Shown in pieces: positions 1-10,010 of a stretch of DNA of 64,000 bases; position 1 is the first letter of the stretch; each line of letters starts with the position of its first letter. The stretch lies in IMG/VR virus record IMGVR_UViG_3300045988_115635, positions 41,405-105,404 of that record; one strand, 5' to 3'. This DNA comes from a virus. The position numbers and the translations under genes were made by a program. The notes below the pieces were generated by a model. The model made no database searches. It was not told the origin of the DNA and was given only the letters and a program-made list of their open reading frames with translations.

Positions 1-680
1 AACAACTCTGTACGCCTGCCAATATCGAACGGGTCAAGTTCGAGTGTCGCAAAATATACGTTCCAACCTCTCTCGGCTGCTCTAAGAGCCGTTAAAGCTG
101 CAAACCACGTTTTACCCTTACCAGTAGGAGCAACCAGTACAGCAAGCTCTCCTGGCTTTATACCGCCTGTTTCAACGTTTAATTCATCAAAGGGGTATGG
201 CGCGCCATTTTCATTTATTTTTGCATTAGCAAGCTTTTTGTATACGTCCATATTTTCGCCGTATACAATTTTTTGCTGCCTTGGAGTTACGTTATCCACT
301 ATTGCAGATAAGCTATCACGTAACAACTTAGCTTTATAGCAAGAATCAATATCAGCATCAATCAGACCAGAACGCACGACTTCCGTCATTTGCATAAAAG
401 TGTATTGGTCCTTTAATTTTTTAGATAAATAAGCGGGTGCTGCCCCCTCTGCATTTGCTATTAAAACATCGTAGTCGCTAAATTTATTCCTTAGAATATC
501 AACTGTCGGTGCAGACTTCATAGCTGAATAATTAAGCCAGTAGTCTATAGCAAAGTCATAAATTTCACCCATCTTTTCATCAGCAAAATGGGTTTTGTCT
601 ATTCCCTCTTGATAAAAGACCATTAAAGCATCGGCGTTGGTAACAGCTTTAACAATCTCTGTTTCTACGTCTAATGCCAT
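1..680 (-). CDS. Putative SF2-type DNA helicase, N-terminal part; the gene runs off the left edge of the window
   Basis: ATG at 680-678 (minus strand). Manual in-frame translation of 140-99 gives V-L-V-A-P-T-G-K-G-K-T-W-F-A, a helicase motif I (AxTGxGKT) about 185 aa from the start. It is translationally coupled downstream of the DnaC-like gene. Confidence 0.45.
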   Translation of the reverse strand, partial: MALDVETEIVKAVTNADALMVFYQEGIDKTHFADEKMGEIYDFAIDYWLNYSAMKSAPTVDILRNKFSDYDVLIANAEGAAPAYLSKKLKDQYTFMQMTEVVRSGLIDADIDSCYKAKLLRDSLSAIVDNVTPRQQKIVYGENMDVYKKLANAKINENGAPYPFDELNVETGGIKPGELAVLVAPTGKGKTWFAALTALRAAERGWNVYFATLELDPFDIGRRTEL

Positions 681-1493
681 TTAATAAATCCTCTTTAGCT
701 TACGTTTTGCATTTGCTTGATGCCTATAGTCAGACCCGCTTACAGATACTAAGTCACATGTTTCTGTTAACAATGATACGAAATAACTACCATATACTTT
801 TTCAACACCTGATGGACAGTCGAGGTTAGTTGTAAAGATAGTTGCTCGTGACTGTTGTGTTCTAACCCTTAAAAGATTTTCGATCTGCTTTTTGGCGTAT
901 TTATTGCCTTTGTCAGAATCTAATTCTTTGCCAAGATCATCAATCACTAAGATTCTTGCACTACTGATTTTAGTTTTATGCCAGTCCGCGAACTCTGGGT
1001 CGTTCCAGCCTTTTTTAGTATCATCAATCAAACTTTTAGAAGTTGTTAGATAACATTCGATACCACGTAAAACTACTTGCTTTAAGAACAAAGCAGAAAG
1101 CATCGTTTTACCAGTACCAGCAGGACCAAATAAAATAAACCCTTTACCTGTCATCATATTTTCTTGGAGGTTTTGCAACCACGTAAGCACATAGTTTTTG
1201 GCGTTTACGTCTCCTACAAAATCCTCCCAGGTTAAGCGTTGGTAAGTGATACCAATACCAGCGTTAAGGTAGTGTTTGTAGCGTTGTAGTTGGTCTTTAC
1301 AATTACAAATGTATTGCTTGCCATCTACCTCTAATATGCCGTCTACGCCCTCTCCTTGGTTCTTAAAACAAGTAGGGCAATACTCCAAGTAATCGGACCC
1401 AAGATCAGGATAAAATTTATAAAGTTTATCAGCATCTTGTTGTGACAATGCAACATCGACTAATGGAGAATCTTCTAAACGTTCTACAGCCAT
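681..1493 (-). CDS. DnaC/IstB-like AAA+ helicase-loader ATPase
   Basis: Walker A FILFGPAGTGKTMLSA and Walker B LVIDDLGKE, the typical DnaC/IstB arrangement. N-terminal CPTC...CNC zinc-binding pair. 270 aa. Confidence 0.6.
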   Translation of the reverse strand: MAVERLEDSPLVDVALSQQDADKLYKFYPDLGSDYLEYCPTCFKNQGEGVDGILEVDGKQYICNCKDQLQRYKHYLNAGIGITYQRLTWEDFVGDVNAKNYVLTWLQNLQENMMTGKGFILFGPAGTGKTMLSALFLKQVVLRGIECYLTTSKSLIDDTKKGWNDPEFADWHKTKISSARILVIDDLGKELDSDKGNKYAKKQIENLLRVRTQQSRATIFTTNLDCPSGVEKVYGSYFVSLLTETCDLVSVSGSDYRHQANAKRKLKRIY

Positions 1494-1846
1494 ATATCTT
1501 GGTCCACCTCTTTAGTATTAGATTCAGCCAAAGCAGAATCGGTTAACCACCTGAATTTTTTAGAAAATAATTCTTTGCCAATAGGCTTGTTTTTAAACCT
1601 GCCACCCCATTCACCATAGATGTAAGAAACAATCTTAATAGCATCATCTTTGCCGTAGTCTCTTACAAAGCATTCAACACTGCGCATTGCAGGCGCGGTA
1701 AACATGCTTTTCTGATTCATGGGATCGATACTAAAAAGAGACATATAACAATTCCTAAAATTGTCATACACCTCTTTAATATCAGGGTTATTTTCGTAAA
1801 TGTTATGTGCCGTCCCTGGTATATTTTTTAAGTCCATAGTTATCAC
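1484..1846 (-). CDS. Hypothetical protein (120 aa)
   Basis: Uninterrupted minus-strand ORF, overlap-coupled to neighbours; no recognisable motif. Confidence 0.4.
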   Translation of the reverse strand: MITMDLKNIPGTAHNIYENNPDIKEVYDNFRNCYMSLFSIDPMNQKSMFTAPAMRSVECFVRDYGKDDAIKIVSYIYGEWGGRFKNKPIGKELFSKKFRWLTDSALAESNTKEVDQDIWL

Positions 1847-2300
1847 AGATTCCGTTTATTACTCTAGCTGCTTCTATAGGGTCATTTATAGGTAAGACAG
1901 CTTCAATGTTTTTATTCTCAATATCTTCACCATCAAGGCTAAAGACTATATTAAAGCTATATCGACTTAATATAGTCTCAATTTCGGTTTCGAGAATCTT
2001 TTTCAATGATTCATCTTGAACCTCGTCAATAAATTCAATTGGTAAATCCCTTGACACAATCAACTTTAAGGGTTGGTACATTTGCGCCATTCCTTTTACT
2101 GATTCGTTGGTAAGCATTAAATCAAATAAAAGTTGATTGATAGAGAGATTCAAAAGTTCGTCATTACCAAACTCAAAGTTTGGCATGCGTCTAAATATCT
2201 CAAAGGAGGTATGGTGATAATCTATGCAATTACTAAGCACCTTTGAAAACTTTCGTTTTTCTGCAAGGCTACCACCATATAGACCAATGTTTAATATCAT
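1803..2300 (-). CDS. Hypothetical protein (165 aa)
   Basis: Minus-strand ORF in an operon-like series; no motif. Confidence 0.4.
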   Translation of the reverse strand: MILNIGLYGGSLAEKRKFSKVLSNCIDYHHTSFEIFRRMPNFEFGNDELLNLSINQLLFDLMLTNESVKGMAQMYQPLKLIVSRDLPIEFIDEVQDESLKKILETEIETILSRYSFNIVFSLDGEDIENKNIEAVLPINDPIEAARVINGICDNYGLKKYTRDGT

Positions 2301-2578
2301 CGTGCCATTGCCGCCTGTTGTTTTGCTATAGCCTGATCAGAAATGTTTTGTGCAATACGATCAATTTCTTCATCACAAACTTTTTCGCAATCATGATTCA
2401 TTTGATGCATTACTTGCGTCAATAATTCCTGTGTTGGATACCCTGGTCCGATTTGAGACTTCATAGAAACATCTTTCTTAACCCATGAACCATCGGGTGC
2501 TTGAATTGAAAAGCCTACCTGAACGGTAGCGTCAACACGATAAACACCCTGTTGTTGCAATGTATCAGCGGTACTCAT
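2297..2578 (-). CDS. Hypothetical protein (93 aa)
   Basis: ATGA stop/start overlap with the downstream gene; no motif. Confidence 0.35.
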   Translation of the reverse strand: MSTADTLQQQGVYRVDATVQVGFSIQAPDGSWVKKDVSMKSQIGPGYPTQELLTQVMHQMNHDCEKVCDEEIDRIAQNISDQAIAKQQAAMAR

Positions 2579-3045
2579 TGGCTTACCTCTATCATCATAA
2601 ATTTCTGTCCGTCTTCACCGTCATATTCCATAAGCCCATTAGCTGAACTTTCGGAATACTCGTCAATAAGCATATTAGCTTCAAAGTCTTTTCGATGGAT
2701 AGTAATAGTACCATCTTCATTTACGTTCATTGGTGCTTCAAAGGTATAAGCAGATGATTCATAAGTAGGGTGCATTGTAACGTTTACACTCTGCAAATCA
2801 TCATCAAAATCTAATTCAAAAGATGGATATTCGTAATACTTATTGTCGTAGTCGCTATATTCATAGACGTTATAGGTATTACCAGAAATAAACTGCTTAG
2901 CCTTAGCCTGCGGTTGGGGGTCTAAGAAGAGTAAAGAAACAATTACTAACGCTAGAATAAATGCAATACAGACTGCGGCAACTGCACAGCCAAAGATCAG
3001 TGTGTTTCTGTCTTTGGCTGCAAATTTCTTTAGTTGCTCACCCAT
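2575..3045 (-). CDS. Membrane protein (single TM helix); start placed at the internal Met (MGEQLKK) to avoid overlap with the upstream gene
   Basis: Hydrophobic segment LIFGCAVAAVCIAFILALVIVSLLFL. The first Met in the ORF track (3105) would overlap the 3047..3631 gene by 59 nt; Met21 at 3045 directly follows that gene's stop. Confidence 0.4.
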   Translation of the reverse strand: MGEQLKKFAAKDRNTLIFGCAVAAVCIAFILALVIVSLLFLDPQPQAKAKQFISGNTYNVYEYSDYDNKYYEYPSFELDFDDDLQSVNVTMHPTYESSAYTFEAPMNVNEDGTITIHRKDFEANMLIDEYSESSANGLMEYDGEDGQKFMMIEVSQ

Positions 3046-3046
3046 T

Positions 3047-3631
3047 TTAATCACCCATAGGCTCAAAGCTATTGAGTTCCCTATTTGCGTAACGACCTTC
3101 TTCATTCTTAGTCATTTTGCGCAAAACAAGCTTATAGCTTGCAGGCTTTACTGTCATAACATCTTCCGAACAAACAAGGTCGGTAGGAACAAGGTCATTA
3201 AGACCAACAATAGCCTTTTCGATCTTAGATTCATCAATGATGCGAGGTACAGGGTTTACCTTAGTAACACTCTTGAATGCTTCCCAAGCTTTACCCTTTT
3301 TGTCATTAATATCTTCGCCGTAGTAAGCGTACAAAGCGTTTAACAGATTATCTTCTGTAATTTCGCGCTGTTCACCACGTGCTACTTCACGCTGAATTTT
3401 CTGCTGGTTATCAAAACCATAGATCGAAGCAGTAGTTTCGCCCGTTTCGTCAATGAGTGAGTTAATAGTAGATTTAATAGCAGAAAGATTCTTGTCAATT
3501 TCTTTCTTTTGCTTGTTAAGATCATCGTAAAGACGAACCAAAGCTTCAGCGCGTTCTGGTTTGTAAAGGTCCTCTTTTGAATAGTCCTTTACTGCTAAGA
3601 TTTGTTCAGAAACCTTTTGAATGTCAGCCAT
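3047..3631 (-). CDS. Hypothetical coiled-coil protein (194 aa)
   Basis: Charged heptad-like sequence (KEDLYKPERAEALVRLYDDLNKQKKEIDKN...); first gene after the AT-rich palindromic region at 3690-3725. Confidence 0.4.
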   Translation of the reverse strand: MADIQKVSEQILAVKDYSKEDLYKPERAEALVRLYDDLNKQKKEIDKNLSAIKSTINSLIDETGETTASIYGFDNQQKIQREVARGEQREITEDNLLNALYAYYGEDINDKKGKAWEAFKSVTKVNPVPRIIDESKIEKAIVGLNDLVPTDLVCSEDVMTVKPASYKLVLRKMTKNEEGRYANRELNSFEPMGD

Positions 3632-3732
3632 TGTAAGCCACCTTTCATCTCCTTGCTTTTGATAATTTAATGATAGCTTAGTGCGCTAAAAGTGTAAAGA
3701 AATAATTGAGATAATTATTTAAATAATTTTAT

Positions 3733-4095
3733 CTACTGAATTACCTTCCAACTTTCGCCCATGTCGGTTGATTTGTTAATAAATGTATCAGAAGGAAAAT
3801 TTGCTACCGCAAAATCGACTAATTTGTTTACCTCTGCTTCATTGTCTCCAAAGAACTCAAAGCCAATAGCAGGTAATTTGTCGGTTTCTTTCATAAGTTC
3901 TAGTAGCTGCAAACCGTTGTAGTTTCCACCGTTAGGGGTAATAGCGAACCAGCCTACTTTATCGGCTAACTCTATAATCTTGGGGTCCTGTGTCCAACTG
4001 TAATTTGTTCGCATTCCTTTGTTAGTTGGTGCAAGCCATACATTTACCCTAGCAGCTACAATTTTCATGATATTTTTCTCCCCATTAAAAGCCAA
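3733..4095 (-). CDS. Hypothetical protein (120 aa)
   Basis: ORF immediately downstream of the SNF2 helicase gene with an 11-nt overlap. Confidence 0.4.
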   Translation of the reverse strand: MAFNGEKNIMKIVAARVNVWLAPTNKGMRTNYSWTQDPKIIELADKVGWFAITPNGGNYNGLQLLELMKETDKLPAIGFEFFGDNEAEVNKLVDFAVANFPSDTFINKSTDMGESWKVIQ

Positions 4096-5863
4096 GTATG
4101 TAATCTATATTCTTCATTGTATCGTTTTCACCTGCGATCTCATACTCACCAATTCCCATATCTTGCGCTAAGGCTCGTCTACCTGCCATAGTATCTTCAA
4201 TGCGTTCTTCTATCGTTTCTCGCGTAACAAAACGATAAATTGTTACGTGATTATGCTGTGAACTAATACGATGGATACGGTCTGATCTTTGGTTGTATGC
4301 AGAATAGGTCGAAGGGGTATCATAATGAATCAAGTACCTACCTTCTGGTAAGTCTATTCCTTCTTTTCCTGCGTCACTCATTAAGATTAAGTTGTAATTT
4401 TTATCATGCCTAAAAGCATCACCGATAACTTTTCTTTCTTTTGCACTTTGCTCACCTGTATATAGCAGTGGTTTATATTGCTTTAGATGATTAGCTAGGG
4501 GAATTAAGCAGTTATTAGTGTGTTGAGCAAAGATAATAAGCTTTTCACCTCCACCGATTATCTGGTCCACTAATTCTTCTGCTTTTTGCAATTTTTCACT
4601 ATTCTTACTATCTACTAAATCTTTAGCGTATTTTTGAACAATTTGGTGTATATGTTCTAGCTGATCTTTATAAAAGAATATACCGCCGTTATACTGCCAA
4701 ATGTCATCGTTGAGTAAAACCTCTGGCATTCGACAGATACGCTCTAACATAAGCATAAATAGCGTTCGCTGCTTAGTATCTGTTTTCTGCTCACGGTCAA
4801 AAGCGCTTACTTCTTTGCCGTAATTTTCTATTTCGTTGTATAGCTTTCGCTCTATTGGTGATAAGTCTAACTCAATAACAATTTCCTGCTTTTCAGGAAA
4901 CTCTTTAGCGATTTCAGGGTTTGTTTTCTCGGCAATAAAGGTTTTACCCGCGCTCATTAAGCCCATAATGTCTAAATTTTGAAAACCAAGATAACGATTG
5001 AACATATCTTTTTCGCCATCGTTATAGGTAAATAGATGTTCAAAATCTTTAACTCTACCGTAAATATCAGGCTCTATAATTCGCCATTCATTATAAAAAT
5101 CTTCAGGACCACGTTCTAACGGGGTAGCAGTTAAACCTATCTTGTATTTAACGTCTAGCTTTTTATTAAACTCAATAAATTTCTTATGGCGTGAACTTTT
5201 CCTATTTTTAAGTCGCTGAACTTCATCGTAAACGATACAAAGCTTTTTACCTTCTAACGCCTTTATGATGTAATGCCAATCTTTAGTGTTTGCTCGGTCG
5301 TAGTTAATAACCCAAATATCACTAGTATCTGTTTGATACCATGCCTGGCGTTTAGATAATGGCTTGTTTCTATCTACTGTTCCTGCTGTTAGCTTTGTAG
5401 CAGTTTCTAACCATGAAACCCACTGCTCAATCAAAGGAGCAGGGCAAAAAACTAAGACTTTATTTATATTTCCTCTATCAAATTCACGGGTGAAAAATAC
5501 TGTGCCTAAACACGTTTTACCAGTGCCACATGAACAAATAAACATGGCGTTATTTTTGCCATCTAAAGCATGTAAACCACGTTTTTGAAAAGCTTTTAAA
5601 TCAAAAGGTAAAGTAAGAGATTCGCTCTCAATATTCGATTCGTTTCTTACTTTTTGGAATAACTTTGCAGCATCTTCAGTAAACCCAACGTTTGATACTT
5701 TAGACAATCCTTCACAAAGTTCTGTGATGCGATCTGAATTCTTTAGAACGTTGGTTCTACTTACTATAGATGCGTCTTTAAAAGGCTCTAGTACAGATTG
5801 ATCCTCTGCAATTACTTCAAATTGATCTTCGAAATAAGGTGATAGTGCGATGGTAGTATTCAT
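4085..5863 (-). CDS. SNF2/Rad54-like superfamily-2 helicase (DEAD/DEAH-box ATPase)
   Basis: Motif I FICSCGTGKTCLGT, motif II IVYDEVQRLKN (DExx-like), motif III GLTATPLERG, and a C-terminal helicase domain LILMSDAGKEGIDLPEGRYLIHYDTP. 592 aa. Confidence 0.65.
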   Translation of the reverse strand: MNTTIALSPYFEDQFEVIAEDQSVLEPFKDASIVSRTNVLKNSDRITELCEGLSKVSNVGFTEDAAKLFQKVRNESNIESESLTLPFDLKAFQKRGLHALDGKNNAMFICSCGTGKTCLGTVFFTREFDRGNINKVLVFCPAPLIEQWVSWLETATKLTAGTVDRNKPLSKRQAWYQTDTSDIWVINYDRANTKDWHYIIKALEGKKLCIVYDEVQRLKNRKSSRHKKFIEFNKKLDVKYKIGLTATPLERGPEDFYNEWRIIEPDIYGRVKDFEHLFTYNDGEKDMFNRYLGFQNLDIMGLMSAGKTFIAEKTNPEIAKEFPEKQEIVIELDLSPIERKLYNEIENYGKEVSAFDREQKTDTKQRTLFMLMLERICRMPEVLLNDDIWQYNGGIFFYKDQLEHIHQIVQKYAKDLVDSKNSEKLQKAEELVDQIIGGGEKLIIFAQHTNNCLIPLANHLKQYKPLLYTGEQSAKERKVIGDAFRHDKNYNLILMSDAGKEGIDLPEGRYLIHYDTPSTYSAYNQRSDRIHRISSQHNHVTIYRFVTRETIEERIEDTMAGRRALAQDMGIGEYEIAGENDTMKNIDYILGF

Positions 5864-5923
5864 ATTTTCTCCTTGCTCTGAAACACACTATACCACCTTT
5901 TAGCTTCATTTTTGTTTTACATT

Positions 5924-5977
5924 CTCAATAAATTTATTGAGATAGAACAAATGTACGTGTTCAATTATTTTATTGAC
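5924..5977. promoter_or_regulatory. Composite palindromic element, copy A: CTCAATAAATTTATTGAG + AGAACAAATGTAC (degenerate GAAC-N4-GTTC core) + partial inverted copy CAATTATTTTATTGAC
   Basis: Read directly from the sequence. It lies between the terminator at 5978-6012 and the SNF2 gene start at 5863. Confidence 0.6.
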
Positions 5978-6012
5978 AAAAAAAAGGAGGTATTCATAAC
6001 GAATACCCCCTA
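5978..6012 (-). terminator. Rho-independent terminator after the tail-fibre gene
   Basis: GGAGGTATTC / GAATACCCCC stem with loop ATAAC, flanked by an A8 run on plus (= U-run on the minus-strand transcript). Confidence 0.6.
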
Positions 6013-6070
6013 TCAGCGCACCCACATCATTAGAGCAAGGAGATGATGAGTGAATACATACATTATAACA

Positions 6071-7948
6071 TTAGTAATAGCTATACATATAGTTAATTGT
6101 CTTAGATGAATTACCCCCAACAGGTGATTTGTAATTGATAACGATTTGACCATTTGATAAATCGACCGTGCTAGGGAAAGTAATTGATATATCTCTATCA
6201 ATAGCAGTTGTAATACCCTGCTGCGCAACATCAGAACCAGGGAAATAACCATTTACGGTAACGCTGTTAATAAATACAGATGGTGCTACCGAACTGTCAT
6301 AACTTGATTCACCTTCATAGAATACATAAGCGTCAATATCTACTGTTCGAGATTGCAAGCCGATAACATTTAACTGATCTTCAATTCTATTTCCATCTGG
6401 TCCAACGTAATAAACATCAGAATACGATGGAATAGCCGTGAATTGAACTTCATCTTCTACGGTAGTAGAAGCAGAAATAACGCCTGTGTTGTTATCAGTT
6501 GTTTCTGTGCCCTTCCAATGGATAAGCAAAGATTTAACATCGCCTAAAGCTTCAAAGTCAGTTAACGACCATTCTGGCGTTTGCAAGTATGCACTCATAT
6601 AAGGGTCGTCTAGCTTCTTAATGTCACCTGTCGACAAACTAAAATGAGGGTTAAGTTTGATATAAGCAGATTCGAAAAATACCGATGCTCCAAATACCTT
6701 GTTTGATGAATACATTTCCGCGCCGTCAGAACTACCCCCAACATCAGAATAGTAAAAGTAACCAGCATCAATAGCAGTTACAGCAGCAAGGCTACTTGTG
6801 ATATTAAGTGTCGCTTGTTGCTGATTTACCTTAACGGTCAAAACACCATTACCAGTAGCTTTGTAATCTATTGAGCAGGTTTGACCAACAGTCATTTCAA
6901 ATGCCGTTGTATTACTAATGGTCCATTCTGCGTCCATCGAGTTACCACTACGGGTATCATAGTTAATATCACCAATAGTAAAGGTAGCGTAAAACTCATT
7001 GGTATAACCTACATAATCGCTTGCGCCTAAGCGGTTAATTTTTAAATCTTCAATGTATGGGTCTAAACACATACCAGAACTATCAATAGCAGAAACGGTA
7101 TACGTTTTTGAAGAATCATAATTATCTAACTGATAAGAGGTAAGGCGTGTCTTAGCAATCATTACCCCATCTTCATAGATGTAATAAACGAATACGCCAT
7201 TACCGCCTGTTGCTTCTGTCCAAGTAGCATAACCAACAATAGAAGCACTAAAGTCACTTTCGCCATCTTCTGTATTCCATGTCAGATCATCAGGTGTACC
7301 AATCTGAAAATCAGGTTTAGGGACAATAGCAAAAGCTTGTAACCATTCCTGGGGGTTGTTTGATAATACTCTAGCTTTAAGGGTATTAGTCTGCCTTGGT
7401 AGCGTCATTCTTGTATAGGTCTTATTTGGTAAGTCATACCACTGATACCACTTATTACCACCATCGGGGCTAAACTCCCAAAGAAGGTTTGAGTATCTAA
7501 AGCGTGCATTATCGAACCACGCTTCGCCTTCCCCATCATCGGAATATAGATTAAACGATAAACCTACACTGTCTGTAGTGTCGTCATTCTTACCCCAGCT
7601 ACGCCCCTTTTCAACCGATTCAGGGTACTTGTTATAGCTTTGCCTTACGTGGTATTCAGGACCAGTAGAACCCATCTCATCAAGTACCGCGAACATATTA
7701 GCCCAAGTGGTAGCTCTAGGGTCGGTTGTAGTAGCAGGTACAGATGTTCCTTTACCTGCTCGGTCGAAAAATCTTTTTATTTCGTTAACAGTAATGCTTT
7801 TGCCAATTCCGTTTTCGATTGAAGGGTCAAAGATATTGTAGGTATATTCTCCTAATTCCCTAGCACCATATCTAACCATTCTCACAGAACCCTGGGCGGA
7901 TTTACCGCCTTCAAAACAATTACCGATTCTTAATGTTGGGTCTGGCAT
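6071..7948 (-). CDS. Tail fibre / receptor-binding-like structural protein (625 aa)
   Basis: Last large ORF of the tail-baseplate operon, followed by a terminator. S/T/G/N-rich beta-type sequence; no enzymatic motif recognised. Confidence 0.4.
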   Translation of the reverse strand: MPDPTLRIGNCFEGGKSAQGSVRMVRYGARELGEYTYNIFDPSIENGIGKSITVNEIKRFFDRAGKGTSVPATTTDPRATTWANMFAVLDEMGSTGPEYHVRQSYNKYPESVEKGRSWGKNDDTTDSVGLSFNLYSDDGEGEAWFDNARFRYSNLLWEFSPDGGNKWYQWYDLPNKTYTRMTLPRQTNTLKARVLSNNPQEWLQAFAIVPKPDFQIGTPDDLTWNTEDGESDFSASIVGYATWTEATGGNGVFVYYIYEDGVMIAKTRLTSYQLDNYDSSKTYTVSAIDSSGMCLDPYIEDLKINRLGASDYVGYTNEFYATFTIGDINYDTRSGNSMDAEWTISNTTAFEMTVGQTCSIDYKATGNGVLTVKVNQQQATLNITSSLAAVTAIDAGYFYYSDVGGSSDGAEMYSSNKVFGASVFFESAYIKLNPHFSLSTGDIKKLDDPYMSAYLQTPEWSLTDFEALGDVKSLLIHWKGTETTDNNTGVISASTTVEDEVQFTAIPSYSDVYYVGPDGNRIEDQLNVIGLQSRTVDIDAYVFYEGESSYDSSVAPSVFINSVTVNGYFPGSDVAQQGITTAIDRDISITFPSTVDLSNGQIVINYKSPVGGNSSKTINYMYSYY

Positions 7949-9394
7949 TTATAACGTCCTCCATTCACCACGAACGCGAACATAAACACCTTCGGTTTCG
8001 TGCCACTTACCATCTTTGTAAATATAGGTTAAGCCTTGATGCCACCTGTTTTCATTAGGAACATCATAACGCCAAATAATACCGCCGTAATACTCCACAC
8101 TACAGGTAGTATTTTCACCGTCAGAATTATAAATAAGTCTGTTTTTAGTATCGTAGGCTTTCAGAGTAAACACTTGAATAGTTCTAGGTCGCTGCCTGCC
8201 TAACGTAACCTCAACATACTTTTCTCCATTTACTCCACTGTCTATAGCATCGCTTGCATTCCATGACTTAACAAGTCCGTCTAAGTCTCCTACTAATTCA
8301 AAGCGAGACAATGGATAAGAGCCATCGAACCAACCAGAATAGTAAAACTTAACTGTCTCACCCGCACAAAGAACTTCATTTCTTGTGCCACGCCTGCCAA
8401 CGCAATAAAGTTCTTCAGGAGCAACAGACGGAATTTCAAAGTAATGGATAGAATTAGACCACGTTACAGCCTTTGAGAAAGCCTGTCCGTCCCAAGTTCT
8501 AACACCAAAGTATAATTTGTCGTCTGTTTGAATATCGAACGCCAGAGAGGGGTCTACGTCCGCCGTAAGGGTATCTATTCCGTTGACAGACTGCAATAAA
8601 GTAGCGTATTGAGCAACATTATCACCTACGGTTGCTCCACTCGGTACACTGTCACCTCTGTATACGAATATGTCATACCTACTTGCGCCATTACACCTGT
8701 CCCAAGAAACGGTAACTCTTTGGTCTGATGCACGAATAATTTCAATTTCTGTTGGTGATGCTGTTACCTGCGAAGGTGAAGCAGGTCTAGGGTATACGCC
8801 AATCCAACCACCCGCTAATTCTTCAAGATTTCTATTATTTAAGAAACAACCATCATTAGGGCATGCTCTCCATGCATAAGTACCAATATGTTCATCAGCG
8901 TTCCAAGGTCTCCAATAACCTTGTGCGCCTTGCCAGTTGTTAATATCCTGTGCATTAGCGGCATAAATGCCACCGCCGCCTAAACCAGTAATAGGCGGTC
9001 TGGTAATGCAAGGAATTATATGTAATTGACCATCATCAGTACCTATTGATACTGTGCCATTAAAGACAGTAAACCAACCTTTCCAAGCAGAACCATCATA
9101 GAGCGAATCTCCATACTGCCAGTAAAAATCACCGCCACCATAGTATGAACCACTCCACTGATGACCCCAAAACCTACGGGTGGTCTTAATGTCTGCATAC
9201 TGATATGTGCCGTTTACTTTGCACTCATGAGCAATCCTAAACGAAAAATAAGAAGAATAGTTTTTAAGTCTCAATCTAATCTGCAAAGTTACTTTTACAC
9301 TGCTTGCAGTACGATTAGACGAACTTAGAGAGTATTCATAAAAAGTCTTAGGACTGCCATTTGATTGCGTAGCACCTGATAAAGGTATTGTCAT
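7949..9394 (-). CDS. Tail fibre / baseplate-associated structural protein (481 aa)
   Basis: Gly/Trp/Tyr-rich ORF abutting the 625-aa protein with a 1-nt gap. Confidence 0.4.
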   Translation of the reverse strand: MTIPLSGATQSNGSPKTFYEYSLSSSNRTASSVKVTLQIRLRLKNYSSYFSFRIAHECKVNGTYQYADIKTTRRFWGHQWSGSYYGGGDFYWQYGDSLYDGSAWKGWFTVFNGTVSIGTDDGQLHIIPCITRPPITGLGGGGIYAANAQDINNWQGAQGYWRPWNADEHIGTYAWRACPNDGCFLNNRNLEELAGGWIGVYPRPASPSQVTASPTEIEIIRASDQRVTVSWDRCNGASRYDIFVYRGDSVPSGATVGDNVAQYATLLQSVNGIDTLTADVDPSLAFDIQTDDKLYFGVRTWDGQAFSKAVTWSNSIHYFEIPSVAPEELYCVGRRGTRNEVLCAGETVKFYYSGWFDGSYPLSRFELVGDLDGLVKSWNASDAIDSGVNGEKYVEVTLGRQRPRTIQVFTLKAYDTKNRLIYNSDGENTTCSVEYYGGIIWRYDVPNENRWHQGLTYIYKDGKWHETEGVYVRVRGEWRTL

Positions 9395-9404
9395 AAAACA
9401 TCAC

Positions 9405-9998
9405 CTAGTCGATGTACTTTACGTATAAGTCACCATCACGTAATTCAGATGGTAAAGATGCTAAATCAGGGTCAGCCGTACCATAGAAAATTCTGTACAT
9501 GTCTGTAATATCAGCCATCACATGAGTATGCACCTTAGCAGCAGCAGGTAGTGTCACGTCAGTTTTACCATCAATAAAAGTGTCCGCTGCGCCATCAATA
9601 TGAATAGTAAAGCCTTTAAGAGAATCAGACGTTACAGCATGATCAGAATTTGGGACCCATTCGGGGGTAGGGTGGTAGTGTTGACTAGTAACGTATCTAG
9701 TCATACCACCTTCTTTGTGATCATCTGCTCTTTGCTGCAAATAATCATCAACAAAAAATGTTGTATCGGTTGGTACAGTAGAAACAACAATATCATCGCC
9801 ATCTTTATCTACGCCTACTGTGATATTGGTATTTCCACCATTTGATACTAATTTAGCCTTTTCTATTTTATCGAAAATAGCACCTGATACAGAAAGCCTA
9901 AAATCGGCTACTTCTTGCGTGCTATCAGCTTCACCCTCCTGGGGGGTTGAAAACCCCCAGTCTCTATCCGCGCTAATTGTCTCTAAAACGTAAGCCAT
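9405..9998 (-). CDS. Hypothetical tail protein (197 aa)
   Basis: ORF within the tail module; no motif. Confidence 0.35.
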   Translation of the reverse strand: MAYVLETISADRDWGFSTPQEGEADSTQEVADFRLSVSGAIFDKIEKAKLVSNGGNTNITVGVDKDGDDIVVSTVPTDTTFFVDDYLQQRADDHKEGGMTRYVTSQHYHPTPEWVPNSDHAVTSDSLKGFTIHIDGAADTFIDGKTDVTLPAAAKVHTHVMADITDMYRIFYGTADPDLASLPSELRDGDLYVKYID

Positions 9999-10010
9999 TC
10001 TAGCTCTCCT

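Noticed and set aside
2243-3343. Several 60-113-aa plus-strand ORFs in the early region
   Set aside because: All are embedded antisense in well-supported minus-strand genes and lack ribosome-binding sites.
6013-6252. 79-aa ORF overlapping the 3' end of the tail-fibre gene
   Set aside because: It lies entirely within the 625-aa ORF in another frame, is hydrophobic low-complexity, and has no ribosome-binding site.
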